A stretch of 64,000 nucleotides of DNA from an uncultured bacterium (GTDB lineage: Bacteria; Verrucomicrobiota; Kiritimatiellia; RFP12; UBA1067). Both the position numbers and the translations under genes were made by a program. The DNA is taken from positions 4,184,529-4,248,528 of the forward strand of contig OW818680.1 of the NCBI GenBank assembly GCA_942493055.1, in the 5' to 3' direction. The notes under the pieces are model-generated. The model saw only the letters and a list, made by a program, of their open reading frames with translations, searched no databases and was not told where the DNA came from. Shown in pieces: positions 17,215 to 26,587 of the stretch; within the stretch, counting starts at the first letter, position 1; each line of letters begins with the position of its first letter.

Positions 17215-18342
17215 TTATTTCAGCTCTGCCGTCGCACCTGGCTTGAGCACGGAGCGCAGGGCTTTGAGAAATTGGCCGTCGGGATCGCCTTGGGTGGGTG
17301 CGATATATCCGCCTTCGCCAAATTCGTTCCAGGCATAGATCAGCACGATCCGCTCGGCAGTGGTCTGCTCGGGATGCTTGTCCATCCACTCGATCGCCTT
17401 GCGCATGAACTCCGCCAGTTGTTCCGGCTTGCGGTCCGGATAGAACCAGCCGGGTTTCTGATCCAGGCCGTCCGGGCCTTCCCACGGACGCTTGTCCCAG
17501 CCTGCTGTGATGATCGGCATGTAGGGCTGCTCGGGCGTGCCGCGCCACTGGGCCACGTTTCCGGCGATCAACTCTGTGTACGTGTGTTGCTCAGAGCCTG
17601 CCGTGTATCCCATGTTGATGTTGTAATGCGTGCGGTGGGTGTAGAGTTCCGGCGATCCGCCTGAGCATCCGGCAAGGGCCAGACCCGACAGGCCGGCTTT
17701 CTTTGCGCTCTCCTGCATGGCGGCAAAACCGTCCTTGTCGCTCCCCTTGGCATTGAAGATGACGATCAGCGGCTTCCCTCCGACGGTGACGTGCTGTTTG
17801 TGCTTGAGATAGGGCATCCAGAACTCGCCGGCCTGCTTCCAGTTCTCCGTGCCTGTGATCTCATGCCCCTGATGGTTGGCGACCAAAAGAGCGAATTTCA
17901 TGCGGTGGTTGTTCTTTGCCTTGAGGAAGAGGTCGAGGCAGGTGTGCTTGGAGTCCTCCATGATCCGCTGGGTGTTGATCGGTTTCTTGTCGTCGCTCCA
18001 GTACCAGCAGAAGAGGAAGAAGTCGATGCCATTGTCCGCTGCAAGGTCGATCTGCTTCTCCATGATTTCCAGTGAATCATCGCGCCAGCCCCAGATCGGT
18101 TCGCGCTCGCTGAACTCCTGGAGCATCCGCTTGGTCAAGTGGCTCGGCGCATTTTTGGCCCATGGCTGCTCGGGGTCATTGGCAAAGCGGTTCTTCCCAG
18201 CCCAGCCATCGAAATAATAGGCGCCCACCATGGCTTTCGCCTTCGGTTCTTCCCTGCTGGCATCTGCCGCACTCACCGCAAGCGACAGCAGTGATATCCC
18301 GATGACAGCGACTGTTTTAATCTCATTTCCAATGTTTCTCAT
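17215..18342 (-). CDS. Secreted glycoside-hydrolase-like TIM-barrel protein (GH71/GH99/GHL-type; family uncertain)
   Basis: Signal peptide present. Motifs AYYFDGW, IDFFLFCWYW and AWNEFGEGGYIAP (a possible catalytic NEF/E) resemble GH71/GH99-like or GH-like families. Not assignable by eye. Confidence 0.55.
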   Translation of the reverse strand: MRNIGNEIKTVAVIGISLLSLAVSAADASREEPKAKAMVGAYYFDGWAGKNRFANDPEQPWAKNAPSHLTKRMLQEFSEREPIWGWRDDSLEIMEKQIDLAADNGIDFFLFCWYWSDDKKPINTQRIMEDSKHTCLDLFLKAKNNHRMKFALLVANHQGHEITGTENWKQAGEFWMPYLKHKQHVTVGGKPLIVIFNAKGSDKDGFAAMQESAKKAGLSGLALAGCSGGSPELYTHRTHYNINMGYTAGSEQHTYTELIAGNVAQWRGTPEQPYMPIITAGWDKRPWEGPDGLDQKPGWFYPDRKPEQLAEFMRKAIEWMDKHPEQTTAERIVLIYAWNEFGEGGYIAPTQGDPDGQFLKALRSVLKPGATAELK

Positions 18343-18419
18343 GTTGTGTTCCCTTCATTCTAAAACGAATAGTCGTATTTAACCACAAAGAGCACATAGA
18401 GCGCAAAGATAAAACAATG

Positions 18420-18660
18420 CCACGGGGAGTATAGGACGCATCTACGATTTGTTTCAACCCATGGGTGTATAGGTGCCTCGCCTGCACATTCTCCTGGGCG
18501 TATAGGCGTCCCCGCCTGTACACTTTAAGCCAAAACCGTTGCTGGAGGCGTCCGGCAGCGGCCGGACCGCCAGTGCACAGGCGGGGACGCCTATGCGCCC
18601 AGGGGGCCTGCTGCTGCATAGGCGAGCCTATACGCCCAGCCTCCCCGCCCAGTCAACAGG
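18420..18660. repeat. Intergenic block with repeated CCTATACGCC-type motifs and a roughly 28-bp inverted repeat
   Basis: gggcgtataggcgtccccgcctgtacac (about 18497-18524) pairs with gtgcacaggcggggacgcctatgcgccc (about 18571-18598). gtatagg/cctatac units occur at least 6 times. A related motif recurs at 51990-52075. Confidence 0.7.
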
Positions 18661-18740
18661 TCAATGAATCGCAGATGCACCTGCTTAACCCTTCAGCTGG
18701 ATGCTTGACTTATGCATCAGTATATGTCATATTGTGATGC

Positions 18741-18935
18741 ATGAGAACAACGCTCAATATAGATGACAGGCTGCTCAAGGACGCATCCCGGCTTACCGGA
18801 GTACGGGAGAAGACCGCTCTGGTCCGAATCGGACTGGAGACGCTCATTGCCCGCCAGAGCGCGCAACGTTTGGCGGTGCTCGGTGGAACAGAACCGCAGG
18901 CTCGACAGGTCCCCCGGCGGAGACCGCCACTGTGA
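18741..18935 (+). CDS. vapB: Type II antitoxin VapB (ribbon-helix-helix/COG4423-like)
   Basis: A 64-aa ORF: MRTTLNIDDRLLKDASRLTGVREKTALVRIGLETLI matches the VapB antitoxin consensus. Its stop overlaps the vapC start by 4 bp (gtga). An operator-like inverted repeat, tgcatca-N16-tgatgca, spans the start at 18713-18742. Confidence 0.85.
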   Translation: MRTTLNIDDRLLKDASRLTGVREKTALVRIGLETLIARQSAQRLAVLGGTEPQARQVPRRRPPL

Positions 18936-19309
18936 TCCTCGTTGATTCTTCAATCTGGATGGATCACTTTCGCAAGCAGAACTCGCATTTAATTTCGCTG
19001 CTGGAGAGGGATGAAGCGTGTATCCACCCGTTCGTGATCGGTGAAGTGGCCTGTGGCAACCTGAAGAACAGAAAAGAGATCATAGCCCTCCTTCATGCGC
19101 TTCCAGATGTTCAGAAAGCTGACGATGACGAAATCCTTTTCTTCATTGAGCGACATCAGCTGAATGGACGCGGAGTCGGTTTGATCGATATTCACCTGCT
19201 TGCCGCATGCCTCATGGCGAGATGCCGCCTCTGGACAGGCGATAAGCGGTTGCAAGAGGTTGCTCGGGAGATGCATATTGAACATAGCACCCTATCTTCT
19301 GCTGGCTAG
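18932..19309 (+). CDS. vapC: PIN-domain toxin VapC
   Basis: A 125-aa ORF with the PIN signature MILVDSSIW...D and conserved acidic residues (EVA, LIDIHLLA). It is translationally coupled to vapB. Confidence 0.85.
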   Translation: MILVDSSIWMDHFRKQNSHLISLLERDEACIHPFVIGEVACGNLKNRKEIIALLHALPDVQKADDDEILFFIERHQLNGRGVGLIDIHLLAACLMARCRLWTGDKRLQEVAREMHIEHSTLSSAG

Positions 19310-19345
19310 CGTTCAAAGTCGCATGTCCCACGTCCTCTGTCAGGG

Positions 19346-20182
19346 CTACTGGCTGACCTTGTTGGTGATCACGATATCCGTATTGTGCCACGTGATCGGT
19401 TCTCCCTTCACGACCGGCTTCTTGATGTGATGCCCAAAGAGAACGGTGCACTGGTCTTCAATGACAAAGTCCTTTGTCTGCAGTTGAGATTGCGTGAACT
19501 GCCTGGCGCCCAAATTGTCATACCCTAATACAACCCCTGCCACGAGATTTGTTTTTGCGACCACGACCTCAACGGTGCGCGCGTCCTCGTACGATCGCCC
19601 GCCAATCCGTGAAAGATAAACAATGAAGCCCATCAAGAAGATGAGGAATATGCTGAATACGACGCTCGGCACCGCAAGGATGACGATCAGCTTCCGGAAT
19701 GATGAGGCTATGGATGAATTGGTGTCTTCATGATTCATGGTGTTGTTCTCCGTGATGGGCAGATGGGTCTGGTTGGCGATCTCATTTTTGTTTTTGCTGG
19801 AAGGCTCTTTGTTTAATACCGATCGGAACTTTAAATACATGAGCCCCATCTGCGTATATAGGAAGCCAAAACATAAAAGAAATCCAACTAAAATGCAACG
19901 TGAGTGCTTGGGTATAGTCGGATGAGTATCAAGCATTCTTAATGCCCTTAAAACATTTACATTGTTCTGAGGAATGTCGGTGTCAAGTTTCACGTGTTTG
20001 ATACAGCGCTGAGCTCTATATTCTATGTCGTCTAGGATCGGCCTCGAGTATAAATAGAATAGAAGAGCGGTGGTCATTAAGGCGCAACCCAAAAAAATAC
20101 AAAACCAACCATTAAACTTTGCCTTTTTACCTCTGAGCTGGTCATCATCTAAACTAAACAATCTTAGAATCCATTTCTTCAT
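19346..20182 (-). CDS. Membrane protein with a C-terminal SAF domain (CpaB/FlgA-like)
   Basis: A 278-aa ORF with several N-terminal transmembrane segments. The C-terminal TVEVVVAKTNLVAGVVLGYDNLGARQF...VVKGEPI region resembles a SAF domain. It lies in a low-GC island, and its last 13 codons plus 3' flank duplicate those of 20912-21190. Confidence 0.55.
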   Translation of the reverse strand: MKKWILRLFSLDDDQLRGKKAKFNGWFCIFLGCALMTTALLFYLYSRPILDDIEYRAQRCIKHVKLDTDIPQNNVNVLRALRMLDTHPTIPKHSRCILVGFLLCFGFLYTQMGLMYLKFRSVLNKEPSSKNKNEIANQTHLPITENNTMNHEDTNSSIASSFRKLIVILAVPSVVFSIFLIFLMGFIVYLSRIGGRSYEDARTVEVVVAKTNLVAGVVLGYDNLGARQFTQSQLQTKDFVIEDQCTVLFGHHIKKPVVKGEPITWHNTDIVITNKVSQ

Positions 20183-20473
20183 GTTTTTCTCTGTTTTGGG
20201 TTGAATGGTGGTTCCCGGTGGGTTTCTATAGCAACCAAGAGTGTGTTCATTTTGTCGCTTGCGGGTAAATAAAGCAAGGCGAAAAGATTGGATTGCGTGA
20301 ATATAACTTGGGTTCAGGATGGCCCATAAAGGGATGCGCCGTTTTGAAGTAATTTTGTGGGCTAAAAATATACTTTTTCATCTTGCCTTATCCGAAGAAA
20401 ACCGAGATCATGTTGCAAATCGGGTCGTTATTAGAGTCAACATCGAAGCGTCTAAAAAGATGTCTTTGCAAAT

Positions 20474-20842
20474 ATGAAAGGTCGTATGACAGGCACACAT
20501 ATTGGTATGTTTCTTTTGTGTTTAGTTGGAGGTTTGGCTGCTCTTTCTGTTCAGGCGGTCTTTCTTCTTCTGGCTGCAACATTACTGAAGATTGAAAATC
20601 GGTCGTTTCTTCGTGCGCTGGGCACGACCGTTCTTGGGTGCATTGCCGCTTTGATCTTCGGGTTGGGGATGGAAATATTTAGTGTCTGTTGCTTCTTTTT
20701 CTTTGGTGCGTTGATCATGGTTCCGTTCTTTAACACCACATATCTCAAGGCGTTTGGTGCAATGCTGATCGCGTGTGTGATTGGGTTTGTTTTCGGGGTA
20801 GCCATTTTTATACTCTTTCTTAAGTTAGTTGTGGGGCTGTAG
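20474..20842 (+). CDS. Hypothetical small integral membrane protein
   Basis: A 122-aa ORF that is almost entirely hydrophobic (4 transmembrane segments) in the low-GC island. It partly overlaps an antisense ORF, so the call is weak. Confidence 0.35.
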   Translation: MKGRMTGTHIGMFLLCLVGGLAALSVQAVFLLLAATLLKIENRSFLRALGTTVLGCIAALIFGLGMEIFSVCCFFFFGALIMVPFFNTTYLKAFGAMLIACVIGFVFGVAIFILFLKLVVGL

Positions 20843-20911
20843 TTTTTAAACACAGAGGTCGCCACCTGTGCTGCACGTCCCAAGGCGCACGTCCCATGTC
20901 CCCTATTCTGA

Positions 20912-21190
20912 CTACCGGCTGACCTTGTTGGTGATCACGATATCCGTGTTGTGCAACAGAATAGCCAATGCTGAAGCGTTTTGACCAGCCAGAAACGCCT
21001 GTTCGCGTGCACCTTCCAGTTGCTTCATGTTTGCAATGCAGGCAGTCATCGACGACACTTTCCGAGATTTCAGGAAGCTTATGGCAATTACAGCCAATAG
21101 GAAAATAATTACGACAAGGCTCAACATCCTAAAGAGTATGTCAGTTTTTCCATTCATTATGACGGTCTTTCTCTTAGTTGCTAAGGCCAC
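20912..21190 (-). CDS. Small pilin/pseudopilin-like membrane protein (DUF1559-like N-terminal region)
   Basis: A 92-aa ORF with a hydrophobic segment (LSLVVIIFLLAVIAISFL) followed by CIANMKQLEGAREQAFLAGQNASA, which resembles the C..NLKQ...A..Y motif of PVC-type pilin-like proteins. There is no canonical G/F cleavage site. Its C-terminus (HNTDIVITNKVSR) duplicates that of 19346-20182. Confidence 0.5.
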   Translation of the reverse strand: MALATKRKTVIMNGKTDILFRMLSLVVIIFLLAVIAISFLKSRKVSSMTACIANMKQLEGAREQAFLAGQNASALAILLHNTDIVITNKVSR

Positions 21191-21252
21191 TGGAATGCCG
21201 TCCTTCCCTGAACCCTGAGACCTTGGGTCTCCCAGTTTCGAGTTTCAATCGC

Positions 21253-24200
21253 CTACCGCTTGCTCATCACAAAGTCGTAGGCGTTCTGGAAGAGGCGCAG
21301 CCAGGGCCCTGCTTCGCCCGTGAAGAGGTCATCCGGACGATAGGAGAGCTGCACGGAGCGGAAGCCGCGTTCAGGATGCGGCATCAGGATCGTGGCGCGT
21401 CCGTCTTCGGAGGTGAAGCCTGTCAGCCCAGCCTTGGAGCCGTTCGGATTCCAAGGATAACGCTCGGTCGGCTGACCGCGTCCATCCACAAAGCGCAGGG
21501 ATGCGATGGCATTCTTTTCGTCCTGTGCATTCTCGAAGACTGCGAGTCCTTCGCCATGCGCGACTGCGATGGGCAGTCGTGAACCCGCCATACCCTTGAG
21601 CAGCACAGACGGGGAGTCCATGACTTCCAGCGTTGCGTAACGCGCCTCGAACTGTTCGGAGATGTTTCGACGGAAGGCTGGCCAGTGCTGCGCACCCGGG
21701 ATGATGCCCTTGAGCTGCGACACCATCTGGCAGCCGTTGCAGACGCCAAGCGTGATCGTGTCAGGCCGTTCAAAGAAGGTCTTGAACATGGCAAGAAGCT
21801 TGTCGTTGTAAAGTACGCTGCGCGCCCAGCCGGAGCCTGCGCCGAGCACATCGCCGTAAGAGAAGCCGCCACAGGCCACGAGGCCGTTGAAATCCTTCAG
21901 ATCCACACGTCCGCTCAGGAGGTCGGTCATGTGTACGTCCACGGATTCAAAGCCCGAAAACGCAAAGGCCGCGCCCATTTCAACATGTCCGTTTACGCCC
22001 TGTTCGCGTAGGATCGCGACGCGAGGTTTGGAAGGGGCTTGGTGCACCAAGCCCTTACTGTCAGGATCAAAGGTCACCTTGAAGGTCATGCCCGGGTCTT
22101 GTTCATCGAGACCGTTGTCGTATTCCTGTTTCGCGCAGTCGGGGTTGTCGCGTAAGGACTGCATGTGGTAGGTGAGTTCCGACCAGGTGCGGCGCAATTG
22201 GCGCAGGGTCATGTCGATGACCACGCTGTTGCCGACCTTGATCTTCAGCACGCGGTCATTCGTCGGCTGTCCGATCAAGGTGCAGAACGGCGCTTTTGCA
22301 AGTCCATGCTTCGCGAGCACCTGCATGACCGCATCAAGCTTGTCCTGCGCGACTTGCAGCACGGCTCCCAGTTCTTCGTTGAAGAGCGATGCAAGGACCG
22401 GGAGGGGCGCAGGCTCTGCGCCCGCGGACGGCGATCCGCCGTCCCTCCCTAATTCCACATTCATGCCGCGTCCGCCGGAGATGGCCATCTCTGTGAGCGT
22501 CACCGCGAGTCCGCCGTCTGAACGGTCGTGGTACGCGAGCAACAGTTTCTGCGAGACGAGTTCCTGGATGGCTTCGAAGAAGGACTTGAGGAGCGCGGGA
22601 TCATCCGCATCCGCAGGCTGTTCGCCGACCTGGTTGTAGACCTGCGCCAGCGCGCTGGCGCCGAGGCGGTTCTTGCCCTGGCCCAGATCAATCAGGAGCA
22701 GTGAGCTGCTGCCGGGCTTCAGGTCAGGGGTGAGGGTCTTGCGCACATCCTGGACCGGCGCGAAGGCGGTGACGATCAGGCTGAGCGGCGCGACTTGGCG
22801 ATGCGAGGCGCCCTTGGCATCCTGCCACACGGTGCGCATGGAGAGCGAGTCCTTGCCGACAGGAATGGAGACGCCGACCTGCGGACAGAAGTCAATGCCC
22901 ACAGCCTTGACCGTGTCAAAGAGCTTGGCGTCTTCGCCCTGTTCGCCGCAGGCGCACATCCAGTTTGCTGAAAGTTTGATGTTGCCGATCGCGCCCACAT
23001 CTGTTGCCGCGAGGTTGGTCAGCGATTCCGCGACAGCCATGCGTCCAGCAGCCGGGGCGTCGAGCAGCGCGATTGGGGTGCGCTCGCCTGTGGCCATGGA
23101 TTCGCCTGCTGTTGTCTTATAGCCAGCAGTGGTCACGGCGCAGTCGGCCATGGGAAGCTGATAGCGACCGACCATCTGATCGCGGTGCACCATGCCAGTC
23201 ACGGAGCGGTCGGCGATGGTGACGAGGAAGGTCTTGTCCGCAACAGCCGGCAGACGCAACACGCGCAGGAGCGCATCAGCAGGGGTGACGCCGGAGAAGT
23301 CCAGCTTGCGGGAGGCTTCAGTGGTGTGCTTCACATCGCGCAGCATGCGGGGCGGCTTGCCGAGCAGCACGCGGATGTCCATGTCAATGGGGTTGTCGCT
23401 GAAGTGTTCGTCGTGGAGCACGAGCCGCTCATCATCACGCGCCACGCCGATGAAGGCGACCGGGCAGCGTTCGCGTTCGCAGAGCGCGGCGAAGCGTTCG
23501 CGGTCTTCCGGACGGATGGCCAGCACATAACGCTCCTGCGCTTCGCAGCACCAGACCTCCATGGGGCTCATGGACTTCTCTTCGTTGTGCACGTTGCGGA
23601 GTTCGAAGGTGGCGCCGGTCTTCTCGACCAGTTCGGGACAGCCGTTGGAGAGTCCGCCTGCGCCGATGTCATGGATGCTCAAAATGGGATTGTCATCGCT
23701 GAGCGCGATGCAGGCGTCGATGACCTCCTGGCAGCGGCGTTCGACTTCGGCATTGCCGCGTTGCACCGAGTCAAAGTCAAGGGCTTCGTCATTGCTGCCG
23801 GTCGTCATGGAGGAGGCTGCGCCACCGCCGAGGCCGATGCGCATGGCGGGTCCGCCGAGCTGCACGATGATGGAGCCGGGGGGCACGTCCTTCTTGTAGA
23901 CCTGACTGCGGCGGATGTTGCCCATGCCGCCTGCGAGCATGATGGGCTTGTGGTAGCCGCGGAGGCGACCTGCGACGTCCTCTTCGTAGGTGCGGAAGAA
24001 GCCGCAGAGTTGGGGACGGCCGAATTCATTGCCAAAGGCTGCGCCGCCGATCGGACCTTCGATCATGATGGAGAGGGGCGTTGCCAGGCGTTTGGGAAAT
24101 TCCGCATACTCTTTTTCCCAGGGCATCTGATAGCCCGGCACATTCAAGTTCGAAACCATGAAGCCTGCGAGACCGGCCTTGGTCTTGGAGCCGATGCCGG

Positions 24201-25152
24201 TCGCTGCCTCGTCGCGGATTTCACCGCCCACGCCCGTGGCTGCGCCAGGGTAGGGGGAGATGGCAGTCGGGTGGTTATGCGTCTCGACCTTCATGAGCAT
24301 ATCAACCTGGTCAGGCTCAAAGCGGTAGGTCTTGGTGGCCGTGTCGATGAAGAAGGCCTCAGTCTCGACGCCTTCCACGACGCCTGAATTGTCCTTGTAA
24401 GCGACCAGCGTGCCTTCAGGATGGCAGGCGTGGGTATGCTTGATCATCTGGAAAAGCGACTGGGCCTTCTCTTCGCCGTCGATAATCCAGTTCGCATTGA
24501 AAATCTTGTGGCGGCAGTGTTCCGAGTTCACTTGGCCGAACATCACTAGTTCCGTGTCTGTGGGATTGCGTCCGGCCTTGGTGTAGCTCTCGAAGAGGTA
24601 GCTGATCTCCTCCTCGCTCAAGGCGAGCCCCATGGTGGTGTTCGCCTCCTGCAAGGCGGCGATGCCGCGTCCCAGCACATCGAACGACTTGCCGCGTGCC
24701 GGCGGGCGATGTGCGAAGAAGTCCGACAGATCCACATACACGCCCTCGGTCATGCGGTCATGCAGGGCATTCAGCACCGGACGCAGCGCTTCAACCGAGA
24801 CAGGCTTGCCATCCACGGAGACGCAGAAGTGAACGCCACGTTCCACGCGCGTCACCGAGGCGATGCCGCAGTTATTAAAGATGTCAGTCGCCTTGGAAGA
24901 CCAGGGGGAGATGGTTCCCTTGCGCGGGGTGACGAAAAAGCCCTCGGCCAGGTTCGCATGACCCGAGGCGCCGAGCAGGGAGCAGGCGCGCGATAAGGTC
25001 TCGCCGTCCAGGTCCTTCTCGATCTCCAGCAGGTAGACAAACCACGCCTCAAGAGTAGTGGTTCCCTGGATGGTTTCGGATATTTTTTCAACCAACGTGT
25101 CGAGTCGGAATTTTGAAAAAGCCTGCACACCTTGCAACATCAACATCTTCAT
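21253..25152 (-). CDS. purL: Phosphoribosylformylglycinamidine synthase, single-chain large form
   Basis: A 1299-aa ORF colinear with single-chain FGAM synthase. It has the N-terminal PurS-like region, AIRS and AIRS_C domains, and a C-terminal class I glutamine amidotransferase domain ([12 protein letters not shown]). Confidence 0.95.
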   Translation of the reverse strand: MKMLMLQGVQAFSKFRLDTLVEKISETIQGTTTLEAWFVYLLEIEKDLDGETLSRACSLLGASGHANLAEGFFVTPRKGTISPWSSKATDIFNNCGIASVTRVERGVHFCVSVDGKPVSVEALRPVLNALHDRMTEGVYVDLSDFFAHRPPARGKSFDVLGRGIAALQEANTTMGLALSEEEISYLFESYTKAGRNPTDTELVMFGQVNSEHCRHKIFNANWIIDGEEKAQSLFQMIKHTHACHPEGTLVAYKDNSGVVEGVETEAFFIDTATKTYRFEPDQVDMLMKVETHNHPTAISPYPGAATGVGGEIRDEAATGIGSKTKAGLAGFMVSNLNVPGYQMPWEKEYAEFPKRLATPLSIMIEGPIGGAAFGNEFGRPQLCGFFRTYEEDVAGRLRGYHKPIMLAGGMGNIRRSQVYKKDVPPGSIIVQLGGPAMRIGLGGGAASSMTTGSNDEALDFDSVQRGNAEVERRCQEVIDACIALSDDNPILSIHDIGAGGLSNGCPELVEKTGATFELRNVHNEEKSMSPMEVWCCEAQERYVLAIRPEDRERFAALCERERCPVAFIGVARDDERLVLHDEHFSDNPIDMDIRVLLGKPPRMLRDVKHTTEASRKLDFSGVTPADALLRVLRLPAVADKTFLVTIADRSVTGMVHRDQMVGRYQLPMADCAVTTAGYKTTAGESMATGERTPIALLDAPAAGRMAVAESLTNLAATDVGAIGNIKLSANWMCACGEQGEDAKLFDTVKAVGIDFCPQVGVSIPVGKDSLSMRTVWQDAKGASHRQVAPLSLIVTAFAPVQDVRKTLTPDLKPGSSSLLLIDLGQGKNRLGASALAQVYNQVGEQPADADDPALLKSFFEAIQELVSQKLLLAYHDRSDGGLAVTLTEMAISGGRGMNVELGRDGGSPSAGAEPAPLPVLASLFNEELGAVLQVAQDKLDAVMQVLAKHGLAKAPFCTLIGQPTNDRVLKIKVGNSVVIDMTLRQLRRTWSELTYHMQSLRDNPDCAKQEYDNGLDEQDPGMTFKVTFDPDSKGLVHQAPSKPRVAILREQGVNGHVEMGAAFAFSGFESVDVHMTDLLSGRVDLKDFNGLVACGGFSYGDVLGAGSGWARSVLYNDKLLAMFKTFFERPDTITLGVCNGCQMVSQLKGIIPGAQHWPAFRRNISEQFEARYATLEVMDSPSVLLKGMAGSRLPIAVAHGEGLAVFENAQDEKNAIASLRFVDGRGQPTERYPWNPNGSKAGLTGFTSEDGRATILMPHPERGFRSVQLSYRPDDLFTGEAGPWLRLFQNAYDFVMSKR

Positions 25153-25390
25153 AAGCGTAATATCTCCCTACGGCTAAAATTGAAGGTATATAGATTACCG
25201 TTTTAAACCCCTCCAGTCGAGCCACAAAGGCTGTCGGGTGTGATTTTTCTACCTCTAACTCGCACCTGCGCCCGATTTGCTGATCCCGCTTGACTCTGTT
25301 CTTGTAATTTTGCATAAAACGTCTTATCCTCAAAGCTTCATTTTTAATGCTTCGAGTCTGGAGGACTCTAAAAAAACGGGGAAATAAGCC

Positions 25391-26323
25391 ATGAAGTCGA
25401 TGTTGAGTATCGTAGGGGTCTTGTTAGCTGTCGGTTGTGTTGCACAGGAGAAGTCTGAATCATTTATGAAGGGGCGGCGTTTTGCTGTTGGCGATTATTC
25501 AGGCAGCAAGGTTGCGATTGTCGAGGCGGACGGCACCATGAGTTGGAGTTTCCCTGCGCCCAATTGTAATGACGTGTGGATTCTCCCGGGCGACTCGCTC
25601 CTCTTTGTGGCCGGTACAGCGGTCCGCGAAGTGTCGATCGCGGATAAGAAGGTCAAATTCGAGTACACCAGCAAATCAACGATCTATGGTACGCAACGGC
25701 TCGCCAACGGCAACACCTTCGTTGCAGAGTGCACAGGCGCGAAATTGTTGGAAGTCGCCCCGGATGGCAAGGTCGTCAAGACCTTGGCGTTGGCACCGAA
25801 GGACAATGAAAAGGGCAAGGACACGCCGGGCAACGGAGCCTATATGCGAAATGCGCGCGCGCTGCCGAATGGCCATTACCTCGTCGGACACTATGCCGGA
25901 AACCGCGCAGCGGAATATGATGCGGACGGTAAAGAGGTGTGGACAGCCAAGCTCCCCACGGGCGTCCACAGCGTGGTGCGGCTTCCGAACGGCAACACCA
26001 TGCTGGCCGGGACGGACAAGGGGCCCACGGGCTTGCGCGAATTTAATCCGGCAGGCGAGGTTGTGTGGAGCCTGACGAACGAGGATTTGGCGGATAAGCC
26101 GCTGAAGTTCACGACTGGCTTTCAGATCCTGCCCAATGGAAACATCCTGCTCACAAACTGGGTCGGCCATGGACAATTCGGCAAAGCGCCGCATATCCTG
26201 GAGGTCACCCGCGACAAGAAGGTCGTCTGGACCTTCAACGACCATGTGAATTTCAAGACGATTGCCTCTGTTCAGGTCTTCCCGAAAGAGGGAGAGAAAC
26301 TGGAAATCATGAATGTGCATTAA
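25391..26323 (+). CDS. Secreted or lipoprotein beta-propeller protein (function unknown)
   Basis: Lipoprotein-like signal (LLAVGCVAQ) and repeated blade-like units (LANGNTFVAE, LPNGHYLVGH, LPNGNTMLAG, LPNGNILLTN). It is divergent from purL. Confidence 0.6.
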   Translation: MKSMLSIVGVLLAVGCVAQEKSESFMKGRRFAVGDYSGSKVAIVEADGTMSWSFPAPNCNDVWILPGDSLLFVAGTAVREVSIADKKVKFEYTSKSTIYGTQRLANGNTFVAECTGAKLLEVAPDGKVVKTLALAPKDNEKGKDTPGNGAYMRNARALPNGHYLVGHYAGNRAAEYDADGKEVWTAKLPTGVHSVVRLPNGNTMLAGTDKGPTGLREFNPAGEVVWSLTNEDLADKPLKFTTGFQILPNGNILLTNWVGHGQFGKAPHILEVTRDKKVVWTFNDHVNFKTIASVQVFPKEGEKLEIMNVH

Positions 26324-26325
26324 GA

Positions 26326-26567
26326 GTGGAGTGGAATACTGGAATAGTGGAATGTTGGAATGTTGGAATGCTGGAATGTCGGAATACTGGAATCTTGGAA
26401 TAATGGGAGAGAAAACCACTGGTCATTGGGAGCGGCGCAGGCCTCTGCGCTACAGGGAGGGACGGCGGATCGCCGTCTAAGCGGGCGATCCGCCCGCTCT
26501 CCCAGAACCAGCATCCAGTTGTGTTCCCCAACATTCCAAAATTCCCATATTCCCATATTCCATTGAA
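26326..26567. repeat. Composite intergenic repeat (TGGAATR arm, two-hairpin GC core at 26455-26503, inverted ATTCC arm)
   Basis: It starts 3 bp after the stop of 25391-26323. In the core gggagggacggcggatcgccgtctaagcgggcgatccgcccgctctccc, the second hairpin carries compensatory substitutions relative to other copies (agcgggcg/cgcccgct versus ggcggtcg/cgaccgcc). Confidence 0.85.
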
Positions 26568-26587
26568 GTTTACGAAGGAGTTGAAAG

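Noticed and set aside
26326-26410. Tandem TGGAATG/TGGAATA heptads considered as a possible CRISPR array or microsatellite
   Set aside because: The units are 7 bp with no spacers and no regularity of 28-37-bp repeats with unique spacers. They always form arms of a larger composite element, so this is not CRISPR.
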